Positions 28,641-38,765 of a DNA stretch of 64,000 bases are shown piece by piece (within the stretch, counting starts at the first letter, position 1; each line of letters starts with the position of its first letter). Origin of the DNA: Planctomycetota bacterium (GTDB lineage: Bacteria > Planctomycetota > Phycisphaerae > Phycisphaerales > UBA1924); assembly GCA_003696675.1 (NCBI GenBank), contig RFGH01000074.1:43170-107169 (forward strand). The letters run 5' to 3'. The notes under the pieces were generated by a model. That model saw only the letters and a list, made by a program, of their open reading frames with translations. It was not told the origin of the DNA and did no database searches. The translations under genes and the position numbers were made by a program.

Positions 28641-31598
28641 TTACGCCCCGGCCGCGGCGACCTGCCGCCCCTCGGGCTTCTCTTTGGGCTTGGGCCCGAT
28701 CGCTTTGGTGAGAATCGCTTCCTGCTCGATCTTGTGCTGGGTCTTGGAGCCGGTGGCCGGCGAGCCGCTGCTGGGTCGCCCGATGAACACCGGACGGTCG
28801 AGCCCGAGCTTGCGGTAGATCTGGTCGGCGAAGTACAGGTTGGCAGCCGCGTTGTACGGCTCCTCCTGGACATAGACCAGCTCCGCGTTCTTGGGATACG
28901 CCGAGAAGATCTCGCGGAACATCTCGGTGTGGAACGGGTAGATCTGTTCCATGCGGAGAATGGCGACATCGTGGCGTCCGATCGCCCGGCGTCGTTCGTC
29001 GAGTTCCCAGTAGATCTTGCCGCAGCAGACGATCACGCGCTTCACATCCGATATCTCGTGCTCGCCCGAGAGGAACATCGGATCGTCGAGGAACTCGCGG
29101 AAGTGGCCGTCCGTGAGATCGGACACCGGGCTGGTCGGCACGCGGAGCATGCTCTTGGGGGTCATGACCACGAGCGGCTTGCGGAAGTTGCGTTTGAGCT
29201 GACGACGGAACATGTGGAAGCACTGGGCGGCGGTGGTTGGGTAGACCACCTGCATGTTGTTGTTGCCGCAGAGCTTGAGGAACCGCTCGAGCCGGGCGGA
29301 GGAGTGCTCGGGCCCTGCACCCTCATAGCCGTGCGGGAGCAGCAGCGTCAGGCCCGACCAACGCTCCCACTTCGTTTCCGCCGACGCGATAAACTGATCG
29401 ATCACGACCTGTGCGCCGTTGACGAAGTCGCCGAACTGGGCTTCCCAACAGACCAGCATGGAAGGATCACCCAGCGAGTAGCCGTAATCGAACGCCATGA
29501 CCCCGTACTCGGAGAGCGGGGAGTCGTACACGCAGAACCTCGCCTGGCGGGGCTTGCCGTCCGAGCCAAGCGAGCCGGGGGGTGTGGGCGTGCCCTCCTC
29601 GCCGATCTCGCGGATGTTGTTTAGAGGCGTGTAGGGCGTGCCGTTCTCGAAATCGCGCACGACCGCATGGCGGTGGCTGAATGTGCCGCGCCGGCAATCC
29701 TGCCCGCTCAGTCGGATCGGGTGGCCCTCGATCAGGAGTGTCCCGAACGCCAGCAGTTCGGCGTCCGCGTAACTGATCAGTTCCGCGTCGGCCAGGGCCG
29801 CCCGGTCGGCGAAGAGTTTCTTGAGCTTCGGATTGAGATGGAAGCCCTCCGGGACCCGACCGACCGCCGACGCCACTTCCCGGATCGCTTCGATGGACAC
29901 CGCTGTGTTGCCGGGGTCGAAACTGAACGAATGAGTCAGCCCATTCCAGCGTGCGCTCCCGGGATCGATGGTGGGATCATTGGGCTTTTCCTTGGCGGCC
30001 TGCTGGGCGCGTTCGAGCGCCTCGTCGAGACGGCTCTGGATCGCCTGGCAGTCGGCGTCGTTGATCACGCCTTCCTTCAACAGGCGCTCTGTGTAGACCT
30101 CGAGCACCGAGGGCTGTTTCTTGATCATCGAAGCCATGATCGGCTGCGTGAAGCTCGCCTCGTCCTGCTCGTTATGGCCGTACTTGCGGTAACAGACCAG
30201 GTCGATGAACACATCGCGTTTGAATGTCTGGCGGTACTCGGTGGCCATCTGTGCGACCGCCACCACGGCCTCGGGGTCCTGCCCGTTGACATGGAAGATC
30301 GGTGCGTCGATGGCCTTGCCGATGTCCGTGCAGTACCGACTGGAACGCCCATCCTCCGGCAGCGTCGTGAAGCCGATCTGGTTGTTGACCACGATGTGGA
30401 TCGTGCCGCCGGTGGTGTAGCCTTCGAGCTGGGAGTAGTTGAGGACCTCCTGCACCACGCCCTGCCCGGCCACTGCCGCGTCGCCGTGGATCAAGACGGG
30501 CATCACCCGGAGGCGTTCCTTGTCGCCACGCAGCCGCTGCTTGGCCCGTGTGCGGCCCTCGACCACGCCATTGACCGCCTCGAGGTGCGAGGGGTTGCTC
30601 GCCATCGCAAGGTGCACCATGCGTCCGTCCGGGAGACGGCGTGTGCCAGAATAGCCGCGATGGTACTTCACATCGCCCGAGCCGTCCGCGAAGCCCTCGG
30701 TCCAGTTCTCTTCGAACTCGGTGAAGATTTGCTCGTAGCTCTTGCCCAGGATGTTGTTGAGCACATTCAGCCGCCCGCGGTGGGCCATGCCGAAAACCAA
30801 CTCTTCCACGCCGTTGTCCGCCGCGGCGGTGATGATGCGGTTCATCAATGGAATCAGGGCCTCAGCGCCTTCGAGGCTGAATCGCTTGTCGCCCGGGTAC
30901 CGCTTCTGCAGGAACCTCTCGAAGGTTTCTGAACGGATGAGCTGCTCGAGCACATCGGTCCGCGCCTTGCGGTCGAGCGGCACCCGGCCGCCTTCCCGCT
31001 CGAACCGTTCGAAGAGCCAAGCACGCTGGTTGATGTCCGAGACATGCATGAACTCGACGCCGATCGAACCGCAATACATCGACTCGAAGTGGGCGACAAG
31101 ATCTCGCACGGTGACCGAGTCGCCGAGCCCGGCGGAAGTGCCGTCCACGATCTGGGACAGCACATCATCAGTGATATTGTGGAACTCGGGCGAGAGCATC
31201 TCGGGCCGAGCGCGGTCGCGCCCGAACGGGTCGATGCGGGCCGCCAGGTGGCCCAGATCGCGATAAGCGCCGATGAGATCGTCCACGACGGCCTCAAACG
31301 GGGATGCCCGTCCGGCAGGCCTTCCGACGGTCGGGGTGATCCGGATCGGCCCGACCGCCCCGGCCGAGGACAGCAGCCCTCCGACGGACGGGGCGGGTGC
31401 GGCGGCAGGCGCGGCCGACCCGTTCTGCCCGAACAGGCGGAGTTCCCCCGCTTGGGCGAGTTCAAAGCCTTGGAAGAATGCCCGGAGGTTGTCCGGCAGG
31501 GACGAGGGGTCGCGCTGATAAATCGCGAACTGCTCCTCGAGGTACTGCGGACTCCACTGATTGACGCTGGGCACAACGGGACGAGGCGCGGCGCTCAT
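28641..31598 (-). CDS. sucA: 2-oxoglutarate dehydrogenase E1 component
   Basis: About 985 aa. GMAHRGRLNVL, IHGDAAVAGQGVV, HNEQDE and QFGDF motifs are present. Start chosen at ATG 31598 (MSAAPRP...). Confidence 0.93.
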   Translation of the reverse strand: MSAAPRPVVPSVNQWSPQYLEEQFAIYQRDPSSLPDNLRAFFQGFELAQAGELRLFGQNGSAAPAAAPAPSVGGLLSSAGAVGPIRITPTVGRPAGRASPFEAVVDDLIGAYRDLGHLAARIDPFGRDRARPEMLSPEFHNITDDVLSQIVDGTSAGLGDSVTVRDLVAHFESMYCGSIGVEFMHVSDINQRAWLFERFEREGGRVPLDRKARTDVLEQLIRSETFERFLQKRYPGDKRFSLEGAEALIPLMNRIITAAADNGVEELVFGMAHRGRLNVLNNILGKSYEQIFTEFEENWTEGFADGSGDVKYHRGYSGTRRLPDGRMVHLAMASNPSHLEAVNGVVEGRTRAKQRLRGDKERLRVMPVLIHGDAAVAGQGVVQEVLNYSQLEGYTTGGTIHIVVNNQIGFTTLPEDGRSSRYCTDIGKAIDAPIFHVNGQDPEAVVAVAQMATEYRQTFKRDVFIDLVCYRKYGHNEQDEASFTQPIMASMIKKQPSVLEVYTERLLKEGVINDADCQAIQSRLDEALERAQQAAKEKPNDPTIDPGSARWNGLTHSFSFDPGNTAVSIEAIREVASAVGRVPEGFHLNPKLKKLFADRAALADAELISYADAELLAFGTLLIEGHPIRLSGQDCRRGTFSHRHAVVRDFENGTPYTPLNNIREIGEEGTPTPPGSLGSDGKPRQARFCVYDSPLSEYGVMAFDYGYSLGDPSMLVCWEAQFGDFVNGAQVVIDQFIASAETKWERWSGLTLLLPHGYEGAGPEHSSARLERFLKLCGNNNMQVVYPTTAAQCFHMFRRQLKRNFRKPLVVMTPKSMLRVPTSPVSDLTDGHFREFLDDPMFLSGEHEISDVKRVIVCCGKIYWELDERRRAIGRHDVAILRMEQIYPFHTEMFREIFSAYPKNAELVYVQEEPYNAAANLYFADQIYRKLGLDRPVFIGRPSSGSPATGSKTQHKIEQEAILTKAIGPKPKEKPEGRQVAAAGA

Positions 31599-31809
31599 GG
31601 CACTCCCCAGCCGACCCGCGAACCGGGCGTCTCGCACGCCGGTCCGAGGGATATTTTCGGACGAACGCGGGGCACAACACCCCGCGAACAATGCTAGTCA
31701 TCCCTATCGGCCCGGTCCGGGGATCCCACGACCAAAACCACCCAAAACGCTTGGTTCGGAAGGATTGGCTAGACCGATCGGTCTGGTCTTCCGCCAGTCG
31801 GGCCTGAAC

Positions 31810-32730
31810 TCAGCCGAAACGCCCCGTCACATACTGCTCGGTCTCGGGAAGCATGGGCTTCTGGAAGATTTCGGCCGTCGGGCCGTACTCGACCAGCCGC
31901 CCGAGGTACATGAAGGCGGTGTTCTGGCTCACCCGGGCCGCCTGCTGCATGTTGTGGGTGACGATCAGAACGGTGTAACGCTCGGCGATCTCGGTGATCA
32001 GCTCCTCGATTCGCAGGGTCGCGATGGGATCCAGGGCGGAACAGGGCTCATCGAGCAAGAGCACTTCCGGATCGGCCACGATGGCCCGGGCGATGCAGAG
32101 ACGCTGCTGCTGTCCGCCGGAGAGACCGAGTGCGGACTGCTTGAGCCGGTCCTTGACCTCGTCCCAGATCGCCGCCGCCTTGAGGGACCGCTCGCAGGCC
32201 TCCTCGAGGACCCGTCGTCGGTTCTCGCCGTCGATCCGGAGGGGGTAGACCACATTCTCGAAGATGGACATGGGGAAGGGGTTGGGCTTCTGGAAGACCA
32301 TGCCCAGCCGCTTGCGGAGTCCGATCACATCAACATCGGGGGCATAGATCGGCGAGCCGTTGAGCAACATGCGGCCTTCGACGCGAACCCCCCCGATCAG
32401 GTCATTCATCCGATTGATCGAGCGGAGGAGCGTGGACTTGCCGCACCCGGACGGGCCGATCAGGGCGGTCACCTCGCCACGCGGGATCTTCATGCTGACC
32501 GAGTGGATGGCTTTGGACTGCCCGTACCACAGACTGAAGTCGGAGATATCGATGACCCCGTCCTTGGCGAGCAGGGACGGGTGCACGGCGGGGTCGACCG
32601 ACTCGCCACGCCGGATGGCGTCGATAACCCGGTACTCGACCGGCTGGGGCGTCTCCGGCTCGGCGTTGAACGCCACATGTCGAATGCCGCGTGTCGGTTG
32701 GTCAGTCATTTCGGTACCAGCGTAGGGCAT
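31810..32730 (-). CDS. pstB: Phosphate ABC transporter ATP-binding protein, with a ~50-aa N-terminal extension
   Basis: 306 aa. [50 protein letters not shown] and LLLDEP motifs match PstB. Confidence 0.93.
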   Translation of the reverse strand: MPYAGTEMTDQPTRGIRHVAFNAEPETPQPVEYRVIDAIRRGESVDPAVHPSLLAKDGVIDISDFSLWYGQSKAIHSVSMKIPRGEVTALIGPSGCGKSTLLRSINRMNDLIGGVRVEGRMLLNGSPIYAPDVDVIGLRKRLGMVFQKPNPFPMSIFENVVYPLRIDGENRRRVLEEACERSLKAAAIWDEVKDRLKQSALGLSGGQQQRLCIARAIVADPEVLLLDEPCSALDPIATLRIEELITEIAERYTVLIVTHNMQQAARVSQNTAFMYLGRLVEYGPTAEIFQKPMLPETEQYVTGRFG

Positions 32731-32733
32731 AGG

Positions 32734-34896
32734 TCACACCGTCGACCCCGTCAGCCGGGACCGCAGTCTGGCCCGGATCAGGATCGCCACCAGGTTCAGG
32801 GACACAACTATGACCAACAGCAAGAGCGTGGTTGTCCACACCAGCGGTCGGGCAGCCTGGGAGTCCGGGCTCTGGAAGCCAAGGTCATAGATGTGGAAGC
32901 CCAGGTGCATGAAACTTCTGTCGAGGTGCAGGTAGGGGGACTCGCCTGAAATGGGGAGGTCCTGATTCAGTTTGACGGCACCGACCAGCATCAGGGGGGC
33001 CACCTCGCCAGCGCCTCGGGCCATCGCCAGGATGGCACCGGTCAGGATGCCGGGCAAGGCCCCGGGGATGACGATGCGGCGGAGGGTCTGCCACTTGCTC
33101 GCCCCACAACCATAGCTGCCCTCTCGCATCGAGTTGGGGACCGCGGCGATGGCCTCCTCGGTCGAGACGATGACGACGGGAAGGGTCAGCAGGGCGAGCG
33201 TGAGGGCGGCCCAGAGCATGCCGCGGGCGCCGAATGTCGGCGATCCGTCCGCGGCGCGGGCCTCGAAGAAGCCCGTGAAATAGGGGGTACGCACGAGGAG
33301 CACAACCGCGCACACCACGGTGGCGATCCACAGCAAGAGTGAAAGCCGACGGAAGAGGATCTGGCGTCCCGTCGCTTCGGTGCCGGGCACGGGTTTGGAC
33401 CAGACGCCGAAGGCGAAGGCCACGATCATCAGGACTCCCGCGATCCCCAGAAGCCCCCACCACCAGAACGCGGGCAGACGGACGGAGGGATCGGGTCCCG
33501 AGTCGACGAACTGGCCCACGGTGTAGCAGAAGAACCCGAGACCGAACACGCCATACACGATGCTGGGGACGCCTGCGAGGTTGTTGACCGCGATGCGGAT
33601 GGTGCTGGTGACGATGCCTTGCTTGGCGTACTCACGGAGGTAGAGAGCCGCGATCACGCCGAGCGGCGTGACCGTGACGGTGAGCAGCAGCGTGAGCATC
33701 ACGGTGCCAACGATGACCGGAAAGACACCGCCCTCGGTGTTGGCTTCCCGCGGGGAGGTGCTCAGGAACTCCCACCAACGGGAAAGGAAAACACCGAGCT
33801 TGTCCGTGAATCCCATCGCGTTGGCGTCCACAAGGCGGACCACCTGAGAGAGCTGCATGGGGTTGTCCGGCTCGATCTGCCGCGCGGGGGCGAAACGGCC
33901 ATCGGTGGGCTCGACGACCACCAGCTTCTGACGCTCGTCTTCGGCTTCGAGGCTGCGTACTTTGGCGAGCACCGTCTCGTACTCCGCCTGCAGTTCGGCC
34001 TCTCGCTCGGCCGCCGACGATCGGATCTGGGCCAGCTTGGCCTTGGTCATGGTCCCGGCACGCCAAGGGGCGTGCAGATATCCGGCGAGACCGCACGCCA
34101 ACGCGAGGAGGACGAGCGTGAATCTGCCAATGGCGGCGGACGGGGGCAGCCCGCCAAGCGAGTTCACGCGTTTACCCAGCTTGTAGGCAGCGAATCCAAA
34201 GCCGCCGACACCGAGCATCAGCCCGAGAAATGGCAGCCAGCCGAGTGCGGCCTGCGTGTTGCCAGAGCGGGCGAGATCCAGCTCGGCCTTGCGGACCCGC
34301 AGGCGCTGCCCTTCGAGTCGGCGGTTGATCTCGCCGAGATCGTGCTTTTTGAGCCGCTCGATTTCAGCGCTTCGCTGGCGTGCTGCTGCGTGCTCCTGCT
34401 TGTAGTACGCGAGTGTCTGCTCCGGGCCTTCCGCCACAACTTGACGGGAACCGTCTTCGGAGATCAGGACCACCTGTTCGGGCACGCCCAGCCACACGCT
34501 CCAGGCTTCCCGCTCGACGAGGGCCGCGTGATCGGGACGCTCAATGGAAACGATGTCCGCGAGGGGAACCCAACGGAACGGGGCTCGCCCGATGTCACGG
34601 TTGCCCGTTCGGTAGAGCACCTGGGGCGGATCGTCGCGGGTGTCGGTCGGGACACCAAGAAACACTTCGCCGCTGTTGAGCGTGACACGATCGATCGGTC
34701 GGGGCCAGAAGGTCAGCAGTCCGTGCGTCACGATCATGCTGAGCAGCCCGACGATCATGACAAGGCAAAGAACCAACGCCCCTCCGGTGAGCCAGATCAT
34801 GGGCTCGCCACGGGCACTCAGCGGCGTCTCGCGATGCTTGACCGCCTTGGTTGCGGGGGTGGACACACCGGCCGGATTGGTGGGGATCGCGCTCAC
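32734..34896 (-). CDS. pstA: Phosphate ABC transporter permease PstA, long form
   Basis: 720 aa. The C-terminal ~280 aa is a PstA-type permease core (EAIAAVP..REGSYG.GASKWQT). The N-terminal part has extra TM helices and coiled-coil-like Arg/Glu/Ala segments. Confidence 0.85.
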   Translation of the reverse strand: MSAIPTNPAGVSTPATKAVKHRETPLSARGEPMIWLTGGALVLCLVMIVGLLSMIVTHGLLTFWPRPIDRVTLNSGEVFLGVPTDTRDDPPQVLYRTGNRDIGRAPFRWVPLADIVSIERPDHAALVEREAWSVWLGVPEQVVLISEDGSRQVVAEGPEQTLAYYKQEHAAARQRSAEIERLKKHDLGEINRRLEGQRLRVRKAELDLARSGNTQAALGWLPFLGLMLGVGGFGFAAYKLGKRVNSLGGLPPSAAIGRFTLVLLALACGLAGYLHAPWRAGTMTKAKLAQIRSSAAEREAELQAEYETVLAKVRSLEAEDERQKLVVVEPTDGRFAPARQIEPDNPMQLSQVVRLVDANAMGFTDKLGVFLSRWWEFLSTSPREANTEGGVFPVIVGTVMLTLLLTVTVTPLGVIAALYLREYAKQGIVTSTIRIAVNNLAGVPSIVYGVFGLGFFCYTVGQFVDSGPDPSVRLPAFWWWGLLGIAGVLMIVAFAFGVWSKPVPGTEATGRQILFRRLSLLLWIATVVCAVVLLVRTPYFTGFFEARAADGSPTFGARGMLWAALTLALLTLPVVIVSTEEAIAAVPNSMREGSYGCGASKWQTLRRIVIPGALPGILTGAILAMARGAGEVAPLMLVGAVKLNQDLPISGESPYLHLDRSFMHLGFHIYDLGFQSPDSQAARPLVWTTTLLLLVIVVSLNLVAILIRARLRSRLTGSTV

Positions 34897-37580
34897 AGTC
34901 CGGCCGTCCTTGCTCGGACCACCTGTCGGACGATTTCCGCGCAGGTGTTGATCACGAATGTCATGAGGAAGAGCACCAGGCCGCAGAGGAACAGCACGCG
35001 GTAGTGCGTTTCGCCCTTGGGGGCCTCGGGCAGTTCAACGGCGATGTTGGCGGCCAGTGTGCGGAAGCCGCCGAAGATGTTCCAGCTCATCTCGGGGGTG
35101 TTGCCCGTCGCCATGAGAACAATCATCGTTTCACCGACCGCACGCCCGAACCCGATCATGCAGGCCGAGAAGATGCCCGAGCCCGCGACGGGGATCACGA
35201 TCCGCACCGCGGTCTGCCAAGGCGTGGCGCCCGAGCCGAGGGAGGCGGCTCGGAGCGAGTCCGGCACGGCTCGGAGCGAGTCTTCCGAGATCGTGTAGAT
35301 GATCGGGATGACCGCGAAACCCATGATCATCGCGACAACGAGCGTGTTCCGCGGCGAGAAGGGACCGAAGATCGAATCCCGGGGGTCGAATCCCATCGCC
35401 TGGAGCAGGAAGGCCAGAGCGATCGAAACGCCTCCGATGATCGCCAGCATCGCAAAGAACCGAGCGAAGATCACCGCGGATATGAACCCGCGGGACTTGT
35501 GGGCCAGCAGCCGATCGATCCGCCTGCTCACAAACACCGACTGCAGGAAGGCGACCGCGATCGCGACCGGGCCGGTGAGCACCACGAACCACCCCGGCCA
35601 AGCCGGGCCATACTCGCCGGCGAGCCATCGGCGCATGTCCACTGGGACGCCCTCGGCCAACCCCTCGGGGGGTGCGAACAAGAGTCGCTCGAAGCCCGGG
35701 CCCATGAGCACCGCGAGCGTGACGCCGAGGAAGCATGCGGCCAACACCATGGCCAGATGCTGACCCGAACGCATCCGCTTGCGGAGCGACTCCGGGACCA
35801 GTTGCCACACATGGGCCATCACCAGAACAGAGAAGGGAATGGTGGCGAAACCGATGAGGACGGACGGGAGCCACTGGCGAGCGAACGGGGCGATGATAAT
35901 CGCCGCGACAAACCCCAGCACGACGGAGGGCAACGACGCCATCATCTCCACACCGGGCTTGACCAGACGCCGAACACGATGGCTGAGGAACTCACTGGTG
36001 TACACCGCCGCGAGCACACCGACCGGGACCGCGAACAGCATCGCGAAGATCGTCGCCTTCAGCGAGCCGAAGATCAGCGGGACGATGCTCAGCTTGATCT
36101 CGGACGAGTCATCGCCCGACGAAGATTGATATACGAACGAGGGTTCGAGCTGGCCCTCGTAATGCACCTTTCCGAACAGGGCCTTGAACGAGAACTCCGG
36201 GTAGCCGGGCTCGAACTCACGGATGAGGTAGCGGCCGTCCGCACCGATCGCGAAGATGCCGTCGTTCTTCGGCGTCAGACGCGCTGCGTAGGCGTCCGCA
36301 AGCCCGGTCTCGAAGTCCGCGGCGATTTTCTCGGAAGTGACATGCCGGACCCGGACCTCGCCTCCCTCGGTCAGCACCACGATCGATCGGTCGCGAACGC
36401 TGGGGGTGAGATCGAGCACCGCCCCCCCGCCGCCGCTGAATGTGTGCGCCATGGTGAGTCGCTGCAGTCCGGAATCGCCAGAGGACTCGTCCTCGAACAC
36501 CGCGACATGCCAAGCGCTCACATCCCCGCCGGCGTCGCCGACCAGCAGCGTCTTACCGCCGAAGTGCATGTTGGCGGCGGTGACCTCGGCGTCGCCCGGG
36601 GTCGCATCGACGATCTCCGCAAGGGCGAAACCGTCATCCCCCCGGCTGTACCGAGTGAGTGTGCCGTCGCGCGTGAGCAGCAGCGCGTGGGTTCCGTCCG
36701 AGGTCACGAACGCCCAGTCCGGAAGTCGTTCGGACTCGAGCCTGAAACTGGATGAGGAAAGCCGTGTACGGGGGGTCCCGCCGCCGAGCGGGACGATCGT
36801 CCGGACCGTGTTGACGAGAACCGTGCGGTCTTCGCGGGCGGCCAGAAGCACCGTCCGTCCGGTCGGGTCCACCCGGTAGTCGATCAGGCGGACCGCACCT
36901 TCGCCGTCCTTGAGCGCGACAGGATCTCCGACCTCCACCCTCATGGCGACTCGACGGGCACGCCCGGGGCTGACGGCCTCGTAGATCGTGCCGTTCTCCA
37001 CCCACCGTTCGCCGATCACGTGGGTGTCGGGCACTTCGATGGAGTCGGTGTCGAAGAACACCTTGCCCAGACGCACCGTGCCGTCCTCGTGGCCGGTAGC
37101 GAGCAGTTCCCCATTGCGAGCCACCGCCACCGCAGTCACTGGCGATGAAGTCCCCAGCTCGACCGGATCACCCAGCGGCTCGCCCGTTTCGGCCACGAAC
37201 CCCCGGATGGTCCCGTCGCGTTCGACGACGGCCAGACCGAGTTGGTATTGATCGAGCACCGGCACACCGACCGGCGCCGAAGACGCCACCTCGTGACGCT
37301 CGCCGACCGTACCCCTTGAAAACAGAGGGACGACGACATAAGCGAGATACACGCAGATACCCAAGACGGCGAACACGACTAGAAATCCGCCGGTGCTGAT
37401 GAAGAGCTCGGCGAATCGATCGATGACATAGACACGCCGGCTTGATTTCCGGGGTGGTTTGTGGGCCGGCTGGTCGGACACGGGTGCTTCCTGCTTTGGG
37501 ACCGGGTGGGAATCGAACCGGGACCGGTTGGAGGAACGCGGGGCATCCGCCTTCACGGACGCCCCACCATAGTCTCGCAC
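34893..37580 (-). CDS. pstC: Phosphate ABC transporter permease PstC, long form with a ~400-aa periplasmic repeat domain
   Basis: 895 aa. TM1 is followed by repeated beta-strand-like units (LATGHEDGTVRL, LLAAREDRTVLV, LLLTRDGTLTRY, LLVGDAGGDVSAW, VVLTEGGEVRVRHV). The PstC core follows (EDSLRAVP..LR.AS..LGAT.WQT). The start (GTG 37580) is uncertain. Confidence 0.85.
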   Translation of the reverse strand: MRDYGGASVKADAPRSSNRSRFDSHPVPKQEAPVSDQPAHKPPRKSSRRVYVIDRFAELFISTGGFLVVFAVLGICVYLAYVVVPLFSRGTVGERHEVASSAPVGVPVLDQYQLGLAVVERDGTIRGFVAETGEPLGDPVELGTSSPVTAVAVARNGELLATGHEDGTVRLGKVFFDTDSIEVPDTHVIGERWVENGTIYEAVSPGRARRVAMRVEVGDPVALKDGEGAVRLIDYRVDPTGRTVLLAAREDRTVLVNTVRTIVPLGGGTPRTRLSSSSFRLESERLPDWAFVTSDGTHALLLTRDGTLTRYSRGDDGFALAEIVDATPGDAEVTAANMHFGGKTLLVGDAGGDVSAWHVAVFEDESSGDSGLQRLTMAHTFSGGGGAVLDLTPSVRDRSIVVLTEGGEVRVRHVTSEKIAADFETGLADAYAARLTPKNDGIFAIGADGRYLIREFEPGYPEFSFKALFGKVHYEGQLEPSFVYQSSSGDDSSEIKLSIVPLIFGSLKATIFAMLFAVPVGVLAAVYTSEFLSHRVRRLVKPGVEMMASLPSVVLGFVAAIIIAPFARQWLPSVLIGFATIPFSVLVMAHVWQLVPESLRKRMRSGQHLAMVLAACFLGVTLAVLMGPGFERLLFAPPEGLAEGVPVDMRRWLAGEYGPAWPGWFVVLTGPVAIAVAFLQSVFVSRRIDRLLAHKSRGFISAVIFARFFAMLAIIGGVSIALAFLLQAMGFDPRDSIFGPFSPRNTLVVAMIMGFAVIPIIYTISEDSLRAVPDSLRAASLGSGATPWQTAVRIVIPVAGSGIFSACMIGFGRAVGETMIVLMATGNTPEMSWNIFGGFRTLAANIAVELPEAPKGETHYRVLFLCGLVLFLMTFVINTCAEIVRQVVRARTAGL

Positions 37581-37619
37581 GCCGCCGGGGGTCAGCCCGC
37601 CGGCGCGATCATGTCGGGA

Positions 37620-38579
37620 TCAGAAGCCGGGCTTGATGCCGCAGGCCTCGAGGTCCTCGCGGGCCACGCCGGCCGACACGGGGTAGTAGCCGTCCTTGAG
37701 AACGACCTCCTGGCCCTGCTTGCTGAAGATCAGCTTGACGAACTCGGCGCGGAGCGGGTCCAGGCCCTTGATCGGGTCGACATTGACATAGACATAGAGG
37801 AAGCGGGCGAGGGGATACTCGCCGGAGTTGGCGTACTCGGCGATCGGGGGGAAGGCTTCCTCGCCGTCGAGCGACACGGCCAGCATCTTGACATCCGCGG
37901 TGGCATAGCCCACGCCGGAGTAGCCCATGCTGTACCGATCGTTTGCCACGCCCTGAACCACAGCGGACGAGCCGGGCTGCTCCTTGACGGTCGCCTTGAA
38001 ATCATTGCCCTGCAAGGCCACGGACTTGAAGTAGCCGTAGGTGCCCGAGGCCGAGTTGCGCCCGTACAGGCTGATGGGGCGGTTGCGCCAGGCCGAGTCC
38101 TTCACGCCGAGGTCACCCCAGGTCATGTCCTTGCCCTTGACCGAGAACACTTCGGTGATCTGGTTGATGGAGATCTCGTCGAGCGGGCAGTCCTTGTGGA
38201 CAAAGACGGCGAGGGCGTCGATGGCGGTCCGCAGTGCGACGGGCTTGTAGCCGAACTTGGCTTCGAAGGCGTCGATCTCGGAGGACTTCATCGGGCGGCT
38301 CATCGGGCCAAACTGGGCCTGTCCTTCCATCAGGGCGGGCGGCGCGGTGGACGAGCCCTTGCCCTCGATCTCGACCTGGGCCGACGGGTAGAAGGCCTTG
38401 AACTCCTCGCCCCACAGGGTCATCAGGTTGTTCATGGTGTCCGAGCCGATGCTCTTGATATTGCCCGAGACGCCGCTGGTCGCCTTGTAGGTCGGCAGCT
38501 GCGAATCAATCTGGGGGCCCGCGGCGATCATGGCCGCGCCAGCCGCGACCGCGGCCACTTTCATCATCAGTCCACGCAT
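37620..38579 (-). CDS. pstS: Phosphate-binding protein PstS
   Basis: 319 aa with an N-terminal signal. GSDTMNNLMTLWGEEFKAFYP...GKGSSTAPPAL is typical of the PstS family. It is the first gene of the pstSCAB array. Confidence 0.9.
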   Translation of the reverse strand: MRGLMMKVAAVAAGAAMIAAGPQIDSQLPTYKATSGVSGNIKSIGSDTMNNLMTLWGEEFKAFYPSAQVEIEGKGSSTAPPALMEGQAQFGPMSRPMKSSEIDAFEAKFGYKPVALRTAIDALAVFVHKDCPLDEISINQITEVFSVKGKDMTWGDLGVKDSAWRNRPISLYGRNSASGTYGYFKSVALQGNDFKATVKEQPGSSAVVQGVANDRYSMGYSGVGYATADVKMLAVSLDGEEAFPPIAEYANSGEYPLARFLYVYVNVDPIKGLDPLRAEFVKLIFSKQGQEVVLKDGYYPVSAGVAREDLEACGIKPGF

Positions 38580-38660
38580 GGTGTGCTCTCCGTATCTGGG
38601 GTTCTGGACCAGTCTCGATTCAATCGTGACCGCCCAACTCCCGAAGGCACGCGCCAGGGG

Positions 38661-38688
38661 CGTGAAGCTTTTGTAAAGACCGGGACAA
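38661..38688 (-). promoter_or_regulatory. Pho-box-like direct hexamer repeats with 11-bp phasing upstream of pstS (speculative)
   Basis: The minus strand reads TTGTCC-cggtc-TTTACA-aaagc-TTCACG, about 81-110 nt upstream of the pstS ATG. The hexamers resemble TT(A/T/C)ACA-type PhoP/PhoB half sites. I found no convincing -10 element. Confidence 0.25.
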
Positions 38689-38765
38689 GGAGTCGCAGTC
38701 GCAGGGCAAAGACCCCAAAGTCATGCCCCGGAGACACTTGCGCCGGGGGAGGTGTTCTCCCCGTC

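Noticed and set aside
31729-31792. Compound hairpin GGAAG-ACCAGACCGATCGGTCT-...-CTTCC after pstB as a terminator
   Set aside because: The stem is plausible, but the T-rich run (GTTTTGGGTGGTTTTGG on the minus strand) starts about 10 nt after the stem. It is therefore not a canonical intrinsic terminator and I left it unannotated.
37505-37540. tRNA-like T-loop string GGTTCGATTCC on the minus strand
   Set aside because: The flanking bases cannot form the 5-bp T-stem or an acceptor stem. The string lies inside the 5' coding region of pstC. I found no tRNA anywhere in the window.
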